Shown one piece after another: positions 1-8,647 of a stretch of 37,560 bases of DNA. Both the position numbers and the translations under genes were made by a program. The first letter of the stretch is position 1. Every line of letters starts with the position of its first letter. The stretch lies in the NCBI GenBank assembly GCA_029762535.1, contig JARVGK010000029.1, forward strand, positions 1 through 37,560. Direction: 5' to 3'. Source of the DNA: Thermoplasmatota archaeon (GTDB lineage Archaea; Thermoplasmatota; Penumbrarchaeia; Penumbrarchaeales; Penumbrarchaeaceae). Under the pieces are notes generated by a model, which made no database searches, was not told where the DNA came from, and was given only the letters and a program-made list of their open reading frames with translations.

Positions 1-283
1 GAAGCAGATCTCGAACACGTCTTAAGCTTCGATGAGAATTCTCTTTCTTTAGCTCAATGATCTTGTTCGCAACTTCATCTGGAACAGGAAGGGAATTCCC
101 GCGAGGTTTGTTCAGCAATCCTTTAATCCCTTCTTTATCAAATCTGGTTATCCAGCTCTTCATGGTCTTCCAATCGACCTGGGCATCCCTTGCTGCTTGT
201 GATATGGATTTGTCCCCGTGTTTCACTTCGAGAACGTTTTTCAAACGATACTGGACGGTCTTATTGTCGTAGATACTCTGCAT
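1..283 (-). CDS. Transposase N-terminus with HTH (IS481/IS630-like), truncated by window edge
   Basis: Hand translation from ATG 283: MQSIYDNKTVQYRLKNVLEVKHGDKSISQAARDAQVDWKTMKSWITRFDKEGIKGLLNKPRGNSLPVPDEVANKIIELKKEN..., open to position 1. It shows the typical 'SISQAAR...T..SW..RF..EG..GL..KPR' HTH pattern. Not in the supplied ORF track. Confidence 0.8.
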   Translation of the reverse strand, partial: MQSIYDNKTVQYRLKNVLEVKHGDKSISQAARDAQVDWKTMKSWITRFDKEGIKGLLNKPRGNSLPVPDEVANKIIELKKENSHRSLRRVRDLL

Positions 284-377
284 GGGTTACCCACCTTGAA
301 GATTGGATGGGTAATCCTGGCTCCAACTATGGAGTTTTAGAGTTACAAAACTAGGGAGTTTTGGCTGTTACATGACA
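1..377 (-). mobile_element. Left end of an IS481-family-like insertion sequence (continues beyond window start)
   Basis: Minus-strand end reads TGTCATGTAACAGCCAAAACTCCCTAGTTTTGTAACTCTAAAACTCCATAGTT: terminal TGT plus two imperfect ~23-bp direct repeats (325-347, 349-372). Contains an HTH transposase ORF and is lower in GC than the flank. Exact end could be 372 or 377. Confidence 0.7.
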
Positions 378-378
378 G

Positions 379-483
379 ATCATGGAGGAGGATGAGGATG
401 AAGAAATGAGTGAAGAAGCGGATCCATTCTCCGAGGAGGGATCCTTCGGTATCGATGAAATAATCAATGAAGAAAAGAGCTAA
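379..483 (+). pseudogene. Orphan acidic C-terminal tail of a plus-strand gene interrupted by the IS
   Basis: Frame reads IMEEDEDEEMSEEADPFSEEGSFGIDEIINEEKS* (TAA 481-483). It starts right at the IS end and converges on the mvhA stop at 489. Confidence 0.55.
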
Positions 484-488
484 CAACA

Positions 489-1949
489 TCAGTCCCGTCG
501 GATCGACCGGATCAACCTCTCGTTCTTATCATATATGTTGGCGATAAGGGGCATGGATCCTGGCATGGAGTGGGTGGCACAGCCGAAGCAGGGATCATAG
601 GCGCGGAAGGCCATCTCGACCATGTTGAGGAGGCCGTCGTTGACCTCACCCTTCTTGATCAGGCCTTTGGCGGCGTCCCTCACGGACATGGTTATGGCTC
701 CTGCGTTGTTCGTTGTTGCGACGATCAGGTTCGCGGTCTTTATCAGGCCCTGCTCGTCCACGTCGTAGTGGTGGATCAGGGTTCCCCTGGCCGCCTCGAT
801 CACGCCGAAACCTTCTCCCGGCTCTCCCACGGGGTTCTTGATATGCGTCGATGTGATCTCCTCGTCCGTAGCGAGTTCCAGGGCCCTCTCCGCTGCGTAA
901 AGGAGCTCTATCAGTCTAGCCCAGTGGAAGGCAAGCGTCGAATGTACGGGCCTTCCGCCCAGGGTCGAGTAGAACCTCTCGAACTCCTTCTGGGCAAGGG
1001 GGGTGGCCATTCCTTCGGCGGCGTTCAGTCTGCCGAGAGGTCCCACCCGGTAGAATCCCGATCCTGCTCCGTCCGTGAAACCGCTATATCCCACCCTCTT
1101 GAGGTAGGGGAATTTCATGTAGCTCCATTTCTCCACCCTTTCGGCGATCTCCTTCTGATAATCTTCGACCGGGAACTTGATGAGTTCCCCCCCGGAGGGA
1201 TCCGTGACCCGGATAAGACCGTCGTAGAAGTTCAGCTTATCATTTTCATCCACAAGTCCCATGTTGTATGTCTTGAGCTGATACGGTCCCTTGGTGATCA
1301 GTTCGACATAATCCTTGTTCTTCAGGACGATGTCCTCGAAGAGCTGGAGGGAGAATTTGGCGAACTCCCGGGAGGATCCCGCCATCATCTCGATCTCTTT
1401 TCTCTCATCCTCGTTCAGTCCTTTGGAGACGCCTCCGGGCAGCCCGTTGACGGGATGTGTCGCTTTTCCCCCGAGGATCGCCGTGATCCTCTGTCCGTAA
1501 GCGCGGTGCTTGATCACTTCCTTTCCGATCTCCAGCCCCGCCTTCTCGATCACTCCCAGTATGTTCCTCTTTCCCGGGGGAGCATCCGGGCCCACGACGA
1601 AGTCAGGCCCTCCCAAAAAATAAAAATGGAGTATGTGGTCGTATATGATGTAGCCGCAGTACATCAGTTCCCTCAGCTTCTTCGCGGCGGAGGGGGGATC
1701 CACCTTGAAGGCCGAGTCGAGCGCCTTCGCCGCGGCAAAATGGTGCGCAACGGGGCACACACCACAGATCCGGGATGTGATCTGGGGCATATCTTCCGCT
1801 CTGCGCCCCTGGGCGAACTTCTCGAACCCTCTCAGCTCGGGGATCTGAAGATATGCGTTATCGACATCCCCCGCATCGTCGAGGAATATGTTGATCTTGC
1901 CGTGGCCTTCAAGCCTTGTTATGGGATCGATCACTATTGATGTAGTCAT
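489..1949 (-). CDS. mvhA: [NiFe]-hydrogenase group 3c large subunit (Hdr-linked, F420-non-reducing)
   Basis: True start MTTSIVIDPITRLEGHG at 1949 (ATGA overlap with mvhG stop). L1 motif RICGVCPVAH, L2 motif DPCFGCATH, plus a cleavable C-terminal extension. Confidence 0.95.
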   Translation of the reverse strand: MTTSIVIDPITRLEGHGKINIFLDDAGDVDNAYLQIPELRGFEKFAQGRRAEDMPQITSRICGVCPVAHHFAAAKALDSAFKVDPPSAAKKLRELMYCGYIIYDHILHFYFLGGPDFVVGPDAPPGKRNILGVIEKAGLEIGKEVIKHRAYGQRITAILGGKATHPVNGLPGGVSKGLNEDERKEIEMMAGSSREFAKFSLQLFEDIVLKNKDYVELITKGPYQLKTYNMGLVDENDKLNFYDGLIRVTDPSGGELIKFPVEDYQKEIAERVEKWSYMKFPYLKRVGYSGFTDGAGSGFYRVGPLGRLNAAEGMATPLAQKEFERFYSTLGGRPVHSTLAFHWARLIELLYAAERALELATDEEITSTHIKNPVGEPGEGFGVIEAARGTLIHHYDVDEQGLIKTANLIVATTNNAGAITMSVRDAAKGLIKKGEVNDGLLNMVEMAFRAYDPCFGCATHSMPGSMPLIANIYDKNERLIRSIRRD

Positions 1950-2926
1950 GGGATGACCCTCCTTTTGATAAGAGCAGAGGGAAGACCGTACTTGTAGAAT
2001 GTCCCTACAGGGTCCACCACCCCGTCGAGGAGCTTCTCCAGATCCTCGTCGGTCAGCGTTTCCTCGTCCTCGATCCCCAGGATCGAAGCGAGAGCCGAGA
2101 TCATCTTGCCTCCCTGATCGAGGGAGTTGGGCGTAGGCCCCCCGCAACCGGTGCAGGGCATGTAAGCATCCATGCACGGACCTCCGCACCCTCCGCGGGT
2201 GGCGGGCCCCATGCAGAGGATCCCCTGCTCGAGAAGACATTTGTCATCGACCTTCTCCACTTCGTAGATCCTCCTGACCTTTGCGATCCTCTTCTCGGAG
2301 CGCTCGAACCTGCACTCGTCGCATACGGATTTGGCCGGAGCTATCACCGACCCTTTAGGAGGGAGATCCCCTTTGATGATGGCACCGACAGCTTGCAGGA
2401 TCAATTTCGTAGGGGGTGGACATCCGGGTAGATAATAATCGACATCAACTGTCTGGTCCAGGGTCTTCACCGTGTCGAAGAACACCGGGATGGTCAATTC
2501 ACCCTCTTTCACCTCGCTTGAGGGCTCGGGTTCGACCCCCTCGGGGTTCTCAATGGAGGCGTTCTCGTGATAGACGGTCTCGAACACGCCTTTCTTATTG
2601 GACAGGTTCGCAAGCCCGGGGATCCCGCCGGTGGCCGCGCAGGATCCGAAGGCCACCAGCACCTTGGACTTCTTCCTCAACAGGTGCGCCAGATGCTCCT
2701 GCTCGGAATTTCTTATCGCGCCGTTGAAGAAGCAGACGTCGATATGGCCGTCCGGCATCTCCTCGACGTCCTTGTACTTGGTATCGATGGCCACAGGCCA
2801 GAACAATATGTCCGCCGCCCCCGCGACGGTCAGGATCGCCTCATCTATGTCAAGGACCGCGATCTCGCATCCGCCGCAGCTTGCCGCCCAGTAGAAGGCG
2901 AACTTCAATTTCTCGGTCACTGGCAT
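1946..2926 (-). CDS. mvhG: [NiFe]-hydrogenase group 3c small subunit
   Basis: YWAASCGGCE, FGSCAATGGIPGL, LPGCPP, CDEC, CLLEQGILCMGPATRGGC...PCTGCGGP. Confidence 0.95.
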   Translation of the reverse strand: MPVTEKLKFAFYWAASCGGCEIAVLDIDEAILTVAGAADILFWPVAIDTKYKDVEEMPDGHIDVCFFNGAIRNSEQEHLAHLLRKKSKVLVAFGSCAATGGIPGLANLSNKKGVFETVYHENASIENPEGVEPEPSSEVKEGELTIPVFFDTVKTLDQTVDVDYYLPGCPPPTKLILQAVGAIIKGDLPPKGSVIAPAKSVCDECRFERSEKRIAKVRRIYEVEKVDDKCLLEQGILCMGPATRGGCGGPCMDAYMPCTGCGGPTPNSLDQGGKMISALASILGIEDEETLTDEDLEKLLDGVVDPVGTFYKYGLPSALIKRRVIP

Positions 2927-3336
2927 TCCCCCTTGAGAGGATTGGGACCCAGTTCCTTGAGGGTCTGTACGAACTCGGTCACCACATCAGCGAACTTCTG
3001 TCCCTCGGAAGCGGATATGTAATCGAAGCGGACCCTGCGGGGATCCATGTTGAGGTCCTTCAAGAGCCTCTGGATCAATTTCATCTTTCGGTTTGTCTTG
3101 TAATTGCCCGACTGGTAGTGGCAGTCACCGGGATGGCACCCGGCCACGAGCACTCCGTCTATGCCCTCCTTGAGCGCATCCAGGACGAAGACTGGATCCA
3201 CCCTTCCGGAGCACATCACCCTGATCGATCTCACGTTGGGAGGATACTTCAAACGACTCGTCCCGGCGAGGTCCGCTCCGGCATATGAGCACCAGTTGCA
3301 CAGGAACGCTACCACAACGGGTTCAAAATCCGACAT
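2917..3336 (-). CDS. mvhD: MvhD/FlpD [2Fe-2S] adaptor subunit (copy next to hydrogenase)
   Basis: FLCNWCSYAGADLAG, RVMCSGRVDP, GCHPGDCHY, ISASEG. Start at 3336 (TGATG overlap with hdrA stop). Confidence 0.95.
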   Translation of the reverse strand: MSDFEPVVVAFLCNWCSYAGADLAGTSRLKYPPNVRSIRVMCSGRVDPVFVLDALKEGIDGVLVAGCHPGDCHYQSGNYKTNRKMKLIQRLLKDLNMDPRRVRFDYISASEGQKFADVVTEFVQTLKELGPNPLKGECQ

Positions 3337-6300
3337 CACTCCCCACCCCCCGGAGAGCAAGTGCTGAGGGCCTTGATCATGGCCAGGATCTGATCGTCCT
3401 TGAAGCCTCTTTGGCTTATTGCACCCGAGGGACATGCCGCCACGCATGTTCCGCACCCCTGGCAAAGGCCCTCGTTGACCCTGGCGTGCACGACCTCAAA
3501 GCCGTCCTTGACCTCGATTACCGAATCTATGGCTGTGTAGGGGCAAAGAGAGATGCAGGTCTTGCATCCGGAACAGAGGTCCTCATCGACGACGGCGATG
3601 TTGGGCTCCGCCTCCAGGGTGGAGTTCGCAAGGATCGTCGCCGCCCTCGCGGCCGCCGCCTGGGCCTGGTATATGGCCTCTCCCAAAAACTTCGGAAGGT
3701 GGCAGCTACCCGCAAGGAATACCCCTCTCGTGGAGAAGTCCACAGGACGCAGTTTCACGTGCGCCTCCAAAAAGAATCCGTCCTGGTTCAGCGGTACCTT
3801 GAGCATCTTCGCCAGATGGTCGTTCCCGGGATCGGGGACCATGCCCGATGATAATACGAGGTGGTCCGCCTGGATGGGGATATCCTCCCCCATGAGGGGG
3901 TCGTTCACTTTTACGAGGATGCGATCCCCCAACTTGACGCTGGGCATCCTCTCGGGAACATACTGGAGGAATACCACACCCTGCTCCCGCGCCTTCTTGT
4001 AAAATCTTTCCCAGAAACCGTATGTCATCAGGTCGCGGTAGAGTATGTATACCTCAGCGTGGGGGTTGATATCCTTGATCCTGATGGCGTTCTTCAAGGC
4101 CCCCATGCAGCAGGTCCTGGAGCAGTATTCCCTCCCCTCCTGCCTGGACTCGACGCACTGCAGGAATACGAACGTCTCCCCGTCGGAGATCCCTCCGGGG
4201 GGCGTCTTTGACAAATCTTCCTCCATCCGGGACTGGGTGACGATCCGGGGGTCCGATCCGTACCCGAATGTCGTGGGAACGTGCTCGTCCGCGCCGACAG
4301 TGATGATGATGGCCCCAACCTTCTCTTTCACGGGTCCATCGGGGGTCTCGATGGTGGCCTCGTAATTGCCGACATATCCGGACAGGTCCATGAGCGTGGA
4401 CCCGGTCATGACCTTCAGGTTGGGATTCATTTCGATCCTTCCGATCAGGTCCTTGAGCATATCTGCGGGTTCGATCCCCTCGACCGTGAATCGCAGGTCG
4501 TTTAGCCTTCCGCCGAGGCGGTCCTTCTTCTCAACAAGTAGCGTTTCGTAACCCTGGTCAGACAGGGACAGGGCGGCGACCATACCTGCGGCCCCGCCTC
4601 CTATCACGAGCGCTTTCTGGGTGACATCGACCTTCAATACCGGGATCGACTCGAGCATACGGGATTTCGCCACTGTCATGGAAATGAGGTCCCTCGCCTT
4701 ATCCGTGGCGAGACCCTTGTCCGAATGGACCCAGGAACAGTGCTCCCTGATATTGGTCATCTCAAGGAGATGGGGGTTCAATCCCGCCTCAGAGAGGCTC
4801 TTCTTGAACAGAGGTTCATGTGTTCTGGGAGTGCACGCGGCGACTATTACGCGGTTGAGCCTGTTCTCCTTAATGACGGAGGCGATCTTCTTCTGTGTGT
4901 CCTCGGAGCAGGTATACATGTTCTCGTCGGCATAGACGACGTTCTTTAGCCCACGGGCGTACTCCACGACCGAGGGGACGTCCACCTGATTGCCTATATT
5001 GATCCCGCAGTGGCAGACGAAGATCCCGATCCTCGGGTCCTCAGTGCTTACATCTCTCTCCGGGTACTCCTTCCTTGGGGTCGCAAGCGTCCCCCTTGCC
5101 TCCCTCAGGAGCGCTGCTGCGGAGGCGGCCGCGGCAGAGGCCTGCATGACCGCCTCCGGGATCGCCTGGGGCTCCATGAAGCTCCCGGCCATGAATATGC
5201 CTGGTCTCACCAGGGCGACAGGGTCCTTCTGATGGGACAAAGCGAAGCCGTACTCGTTGACATCCAGGCCCAGGTCCCTGAGGGCCTTCGTTCGGCCCTC
5301 GTTCATGCACAATCCGATGGAGAGTACGACCATGTCGTACGTCTCCTCGTGCAGGTCGCCGTTCTCGTCCTCGTATCTTATCAGAAGGTCGCCGTTCTCT
5401 TTCAACTCGTCGATCTCGGAGATCCTCGAGCGGACGTAACGGATCCCGTGTTCTACCTTCGCCCTCTCTATGTAGCGGTCGAAGTCCTTTCCGTAGGAGC
5501 GCACATCGATGTAGAATATGGTCGGTTCTATGGTCTTCTCGTGCTCCTTGGCTATGACCGCCTCCTTGGCGGTGTACATGCAGCACATGGCGGAGCAGTA
5601 CTCGTGGTCCACGGTCCGGTCCCTGGACCCGACGCACTGGACCCATGCTATCCTCTTCGGGCCTGCACCGTCCCCCGGCCTCTTGATATGCCCCTGGTAG
5701 GGTCCCGAGGCCGAGAGTATCCTCTCGAACTCGAGGCTGGTGACGACGTTTCGGTATCTCCCGTAGCCGAATTCCCTCTTCACCGAAGGGTCGAAAGGCT
5801 GGGCCCCCATGGCGAGAATGACCGCCCCGACATCGAGCTCGATATCCTCGTGTTTCTGGTCATGGTTAACGGCCCCGGGCTTGCAGGCTTTGACGCAGGC
5901 CATGCAGTTTATGCATCCCTTGTATCCCGGAGAGCCCTCCTTGTCGATCACGAAGGCGTTGGGGATCGCCTGGGGATACGCCTTGTAGGCGGCCTTCCTC
6001 ATGGAGAGCCCCCCCTCGAACTCGTTGGGGAGCTTTATGGGGCAGACCCTCTCGCACTCCCCGCAGGAGGTGCATTTCTCGATGTCCACGTATCTGGCCT
6101 TTTTATGAACGGATACCTTGAAATTGCCGGGTTCCCCACTCACCCCCGTCACCTCGGATAGGGACATGATCTCGATGTTGGGGTGCCTCGAGGCATCGAC
6201 CAGTTTCGGGGAGAGTATGCACATGGAGCAGTCATTGGTGGGGAAGGTCTTGTCAAGCTGGGCCATGATCCCGCCTATGGACGGGCCTTTCTCTATGAGG

Positions 6301-6401
6301 TACACCTTGAATCCCATGTCCGCAAGGTCCAGGGAGGACTGCACTCCCGCAATGCCCCCTCCGACGACAGCTACTGCACCTATGATCCCTTTATCGGACA
6401 T
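3336..6401 (-). CDS. hdrA: Double-module heterodisulfide reductase subunit A-like flavoprotein (1021 aa)
   Basis: Two FAD Rossmann motifs (VVGGGIAG; VIGGGAAG), LDKTFPTNDC, two CVxSR...YCSxxCCM..K motifs, an internal CHCG domain, and inserted and C-terminal 2x[4Fe-4S] ferredoxin motifs. Confidence 0.92.
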   Translation of the reverse strand: MSDKGIIGAVAVVGGGIAGVQSSLDLADMGFKVYLIEKGPSIGGIMAQLDKTFPTNDCSMCILSPKLVDASRHPNIEIMSLSEVTGVSGEPGNFKVSVHKKARYVDIEKCTSCGECERVCPIKLPNEFEGGLSMRKAAYKAYPQAIPNAFVIDKEGSPGYKGCINCMACVKACKPGAVNHDQKHEDIELDVGAVILAMGAQPFDPSVKREFGYGRYRNVVTSLEFERILSASGPYQGHIKRPGDGAGPKRIAWVQCVGSRDRTVDHEYCSAMCCMYTAKEAVIAKEHEKTIEPTIFYIDVRSYGKDFDRYIERAKVEHGIRYVRSRISEIDELKENGDLLIRYEDENGDLHEETYDMVVLSIGLCMNEGRTKALRDLGLDVNEYGFALSHQKDPVALVRPGIFMAGSFMEPQAIPEAVMQASAAAASAAALLREARGTLATPRKEYPERDVSTEDPRIGIFVCHCGINIGNQVDVPSVVEYARGLKNVVYADENMYTCSEDTQKKIASVIKENRLNRVIVAACTPRTHEPLFKKSLSEAGLNPHLLEMTNIREHCSWVHSDKGLATDKARDLISMTVAKSRMLESIPVLKVDVTQKALVIGGGAAGMVAALSLSDQGYETLLVEKKDRLGGRLNDLRFTVEGIEPADMLKDLIGRIEMNPNLKVMTGSTLMDLSGYVGNYEATIETPDGPVKEKVGAIIITVGADEHVPTTFGYGSDPRIVTQSRMEEDLSKTPPGGISDGETFVFLQCVESRQEGREYCSRTCCMGALKNAIRIKDINPHAEVYILYRDLMTYGFWERFYKKAREQGVVFLQYVPERMPSVKLGDRILVKVNDPLMGEDIPIQADHLVLSSGMVPDPGNDHLAKMLKVPLNQDGFFLEAHVKLRPVDFSTRGVFLAGSCHLPKFLGEAIYQAQAAAARAATILANSTLEAEPNIAVVDEDLCSGCKTCISLCPYTAIDSVIEVKDGFEVVHARVNEGLCQGCGTCVAACPSGAISQRGFKDDQILAMIKALSTCSPGGGE

Positions 6402-6405
6402 CTTT

Positions 6406-7092
6406 TCACTTCCTCGTGTATCCTTCCTTTATGGCGAGCTCGCGGATGGCGTACATCAACTGCGGTATCTTTACCCCTTGAGGGCACTCGTCGAGACATC
6501 TGAAATGGGTGGAGCAGATCTCCACGAACCTGTTGTCGAACACCCTGTCCTTCATGCCGAGAAGGGTCCCCCTTATGACCTTCCTGGGGGAATAGAGTGG
6601 GTCCAGGTCCCTCTCCGGGCAGCCAGCGGTGCAGGTCCCGCAGGCAAAGCAGCTGTATATGTCACGCCCGGCATCGGTCTCGGCGAGCCTGTACTTGAGA
6701 GAGGGGTCCATGCCCGATGCCCTCTTCGTGCCGGTCAGGTCCTCCTCTAGCTCCTCCTTGAGCCTCTCCTCCCGTATCTGGTTCATCAAGCCCTTGACGT
6801 TGACCTTCTGGGGGCATTTCTCGAGGCATGTGTAATGCGAGGAGCATATCCATACGAACTCAGATGAGAGGACCTCCTCCCTCAGACCAAGTAAGGCCTT
6901 GCGGATAATGGTGCGGGGGTTCCACTCCTCATGGACCTCCTGCTCCGGACATCTAGCCGTGCAGGAACCGCAGGCGAAGCATTTCAAAATGCCCTCCCCT
7001 CCCTCGATCCCGGCTATCTCGAACTTTAATTGTGGGTCAAGATCCCTGGAATCGATGCCGTTCATCTGAGGGTCCCCCTCGTCTCCGTTCAC
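6406..7092 (-). CDS. Tandem-duplicated HdrC-like Fe-S protein (start may be 7065)
   Basis: Two repeats, each with CFACGxCTAxCP and a second motif CSSHYTCLEKCP / CSTHFRCLDECP. Confidence 0.85.
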   Translation of the reverse strand: MNGDEGDPQMNGIDSRDLDPQLKFEIAGIEGGEGILKCFACGSCTARCPEQEVHEEWNPRTIIRKALLGLREEVLSSEFVWICSSHYTCLEKCPQKVNVKGLMNQIREERLKEELEEDLTGTKRASGMDPSLKYRLAETDAGRDIYSCFACGTCTAGCPERDLDPLYSPRKVIRGTLLGMKDRVFDNRFVEICSTHFRCLDECPQGVKIPQLMYAIRELAIKEGYTRK

Positions 7093-8199
7093 CTAATGGT
7101 CCCCCACGCTCTCGAATTCCTCTTCCTTGTAGAATATCATGGGCAGCTGGTCTTCGAGATCCCTTCCCGGGATGTACTCGAACTCCTTCTGGGCGTTCTG
7201 TGCGATGGGTATGATGATGTCCATCAACGGGATGTTCGCGGGGCAGGCCTGCTCGCACAATCCGCACTGGACGCATGACAGTATCATGTGGTTGAACCTG
7301 GTGATGTGGAACAACAGCGTGTCCGTAGGGGTCTTGAAGGACCCCTTGGACCCCGCCTTGGAGACGTACTTGTGCGCCTCCATGTTGAAGACCGCCGAAT
7401 CGAACAGGCACTCCTTGCAGTAGCAGATCGGGCATGCTTTCATGCAGTTATGGCAGTTTATGCAGGATTCGAAGAAGTCCGCGATCTTACCCGAGCCCTT
7501 GATATCGGAATGTTCCGCTATATGCTTCTCCCGGCTCCTGTCGGCGGCCTCCCTTACCTCAGAGACCGCCTTCTCCCTGGACCCATCGTCCTTGAAGGCA
7601 TCAAGCCCCATGCCCTCGAGAAGGGCCTGCCCGGCCTCGGTCTTCCCAGAGACCAGGATCCCTTTTTCCAGGTCCATGCCGAACGTCCCGATGACGATAT
7701 CCGCCCTGCCGGGAATGGGGTCAGCGCACGACCTGCAGGCGCTCCTTAGGAATTTCTCCCTCTCCTTGGGATCGAGTACCGCCGATGAGATGTCCTTATC
7801 CCCGGGGAAGTTCGAATACGTGTTCAGGTCGAAGGTCCCGGGGCAGTCCACCCCGATAAGTACCAGGTTCGCCGGGTCCGCCTGCTTGAGCTTGAATAGC
7901 TCGGTCAGCGCCCTCAGCTCACAGTTCCTCATGATGGCCGCGATGGGATCGTCGGAGCCTCGGGTCTTGGTGATCCTGGATAGGATCGTCGCCGTTGATA
8001 CAGGCATGAGAGGTGTGAATACATCCGAGCGCATCTTATCCGGATCGGAGACCAGCACCGGAAAGGCGGATCTCCCGTTGGGGGTGGTCTGAAGGGCCAG
8101 CACCGCTTTGACCTTGCCCGATGAGAGCAGTCCCTTCAGGAAGTCGTTCACGGCGCCGGAGGCGCCTCCTTTTCCAACAGGCAGTATGTGTTCGGTCAT
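7093..8199 (-). CDS. FdhB/FrhB-family (F420-dehydrogenase beta-like) flavo-Fe-S subunit
   Basis: Start at 8199 after GGAGGTGAGG. Motifs MRNCELRALTEL, IGVDCPGT, RSACRSC...ADIVIG, CINCHNCMKACPICYCKEC, CVQCGLCEQACP match the FdhB layout. Confidence 0.85.
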   Translation of the reverse strand: MTEHILPVGKGGASGAVNDFLKGLLSSGKVKAVLALQTTPNGRSAFPVLVSDPDKMRSDVFTPLMPVSTATILSRITKTRGSDDPIAAIMRNCELRALTELFKLKQADPANLVLIGVDCPGTFDLNTYSNFPGDKDISSAVLDPKEREKFLRSACRSCADPIPGRADIVIGTFGMDLEKGILVSGKTEAGQALLEGMGLDAFKDDGSREKAVSEVREAADRSREKHIAEHSDIKGSGKIADFFESCINCHNCMKACPICYCKECLFDSAVFNMEAHKYVSKAGSKGSFKTPTDTLLFHITRFNHMILSCVQCGLCEQACPANIPLMDIIIPIAQNAQKEFEYIPGRDLEDQLPMIFYKEEEFESVGDH

Positions 8200-8210
8200 T
8201 TCCTCACCTC

Positions 8211-8636
8211 CTACACGTCCCACCTCGCCCTCATGGGGTTGGGTCCAAGCTTCTTCGTCTCATCCACTATCTCCTTCACTGTATCGGCGAACCTCTGCCC
8301 CTCGGAGGCGGAGATCCATCTGACCCAGATCCTCTCCGGCTCCATGCCTAAGGTGGTGAGTATGTTCTTCAAAAGGACCATTCGCCTCCTGGCCTTGTAA
8401 TTGCCGTTGAGATAATGGCAGTCCCCCAGATGGCAGCCGCCGATCAGAACAGCGTCGGCCCCTTCGAGTATCGCCCTGTTCACATACATCGAATCGACCG
8501 AACCGGAGCACATTACCCTTATGACCCTGATGTTGGGGGGATATTGTATCCTTGATGTCCCTGCAAGGTCAGCTCCGGCATACGAACACCAGTTGCACAG
8601 GAACCCGACCACCCTTGGCTCGAAATCTTCCGTCAT
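8211..8636 (-). CDS. mvhD: MvhD/FlpD [2Fe-2S] adaptor subunit (copy next to FdhB-like gene)
   Basis: FLCNWCSYAGADLAG, RVMCSG, GCHLGDCHY, WISASEG. Confidence 0.95.
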   Translation of the reverse strand: MTEDFEPRVVGFLCNWCSYAGADLAGTSRIQYPPNIRVIRVMCSGSVDSMYVNRAILEGADAVLIGGCHLGDCHYLNGNYKARRRMVLLKNILTTLGMEPERIWVRWISASEGQRFADTVKEIVDETKKLGPNPMRARWDV

Positions 8637-8647
8637 TTGATATCACC

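Noticed and set aside
57-272. 71-aa plus-strand ORF
   Set aside because: Antisense to the transposase frame.
325-372. CRISPR-like direct repeats
   Set aside because: Only two adjacent copies with no spacer. Better explained as IS-end binding sites.
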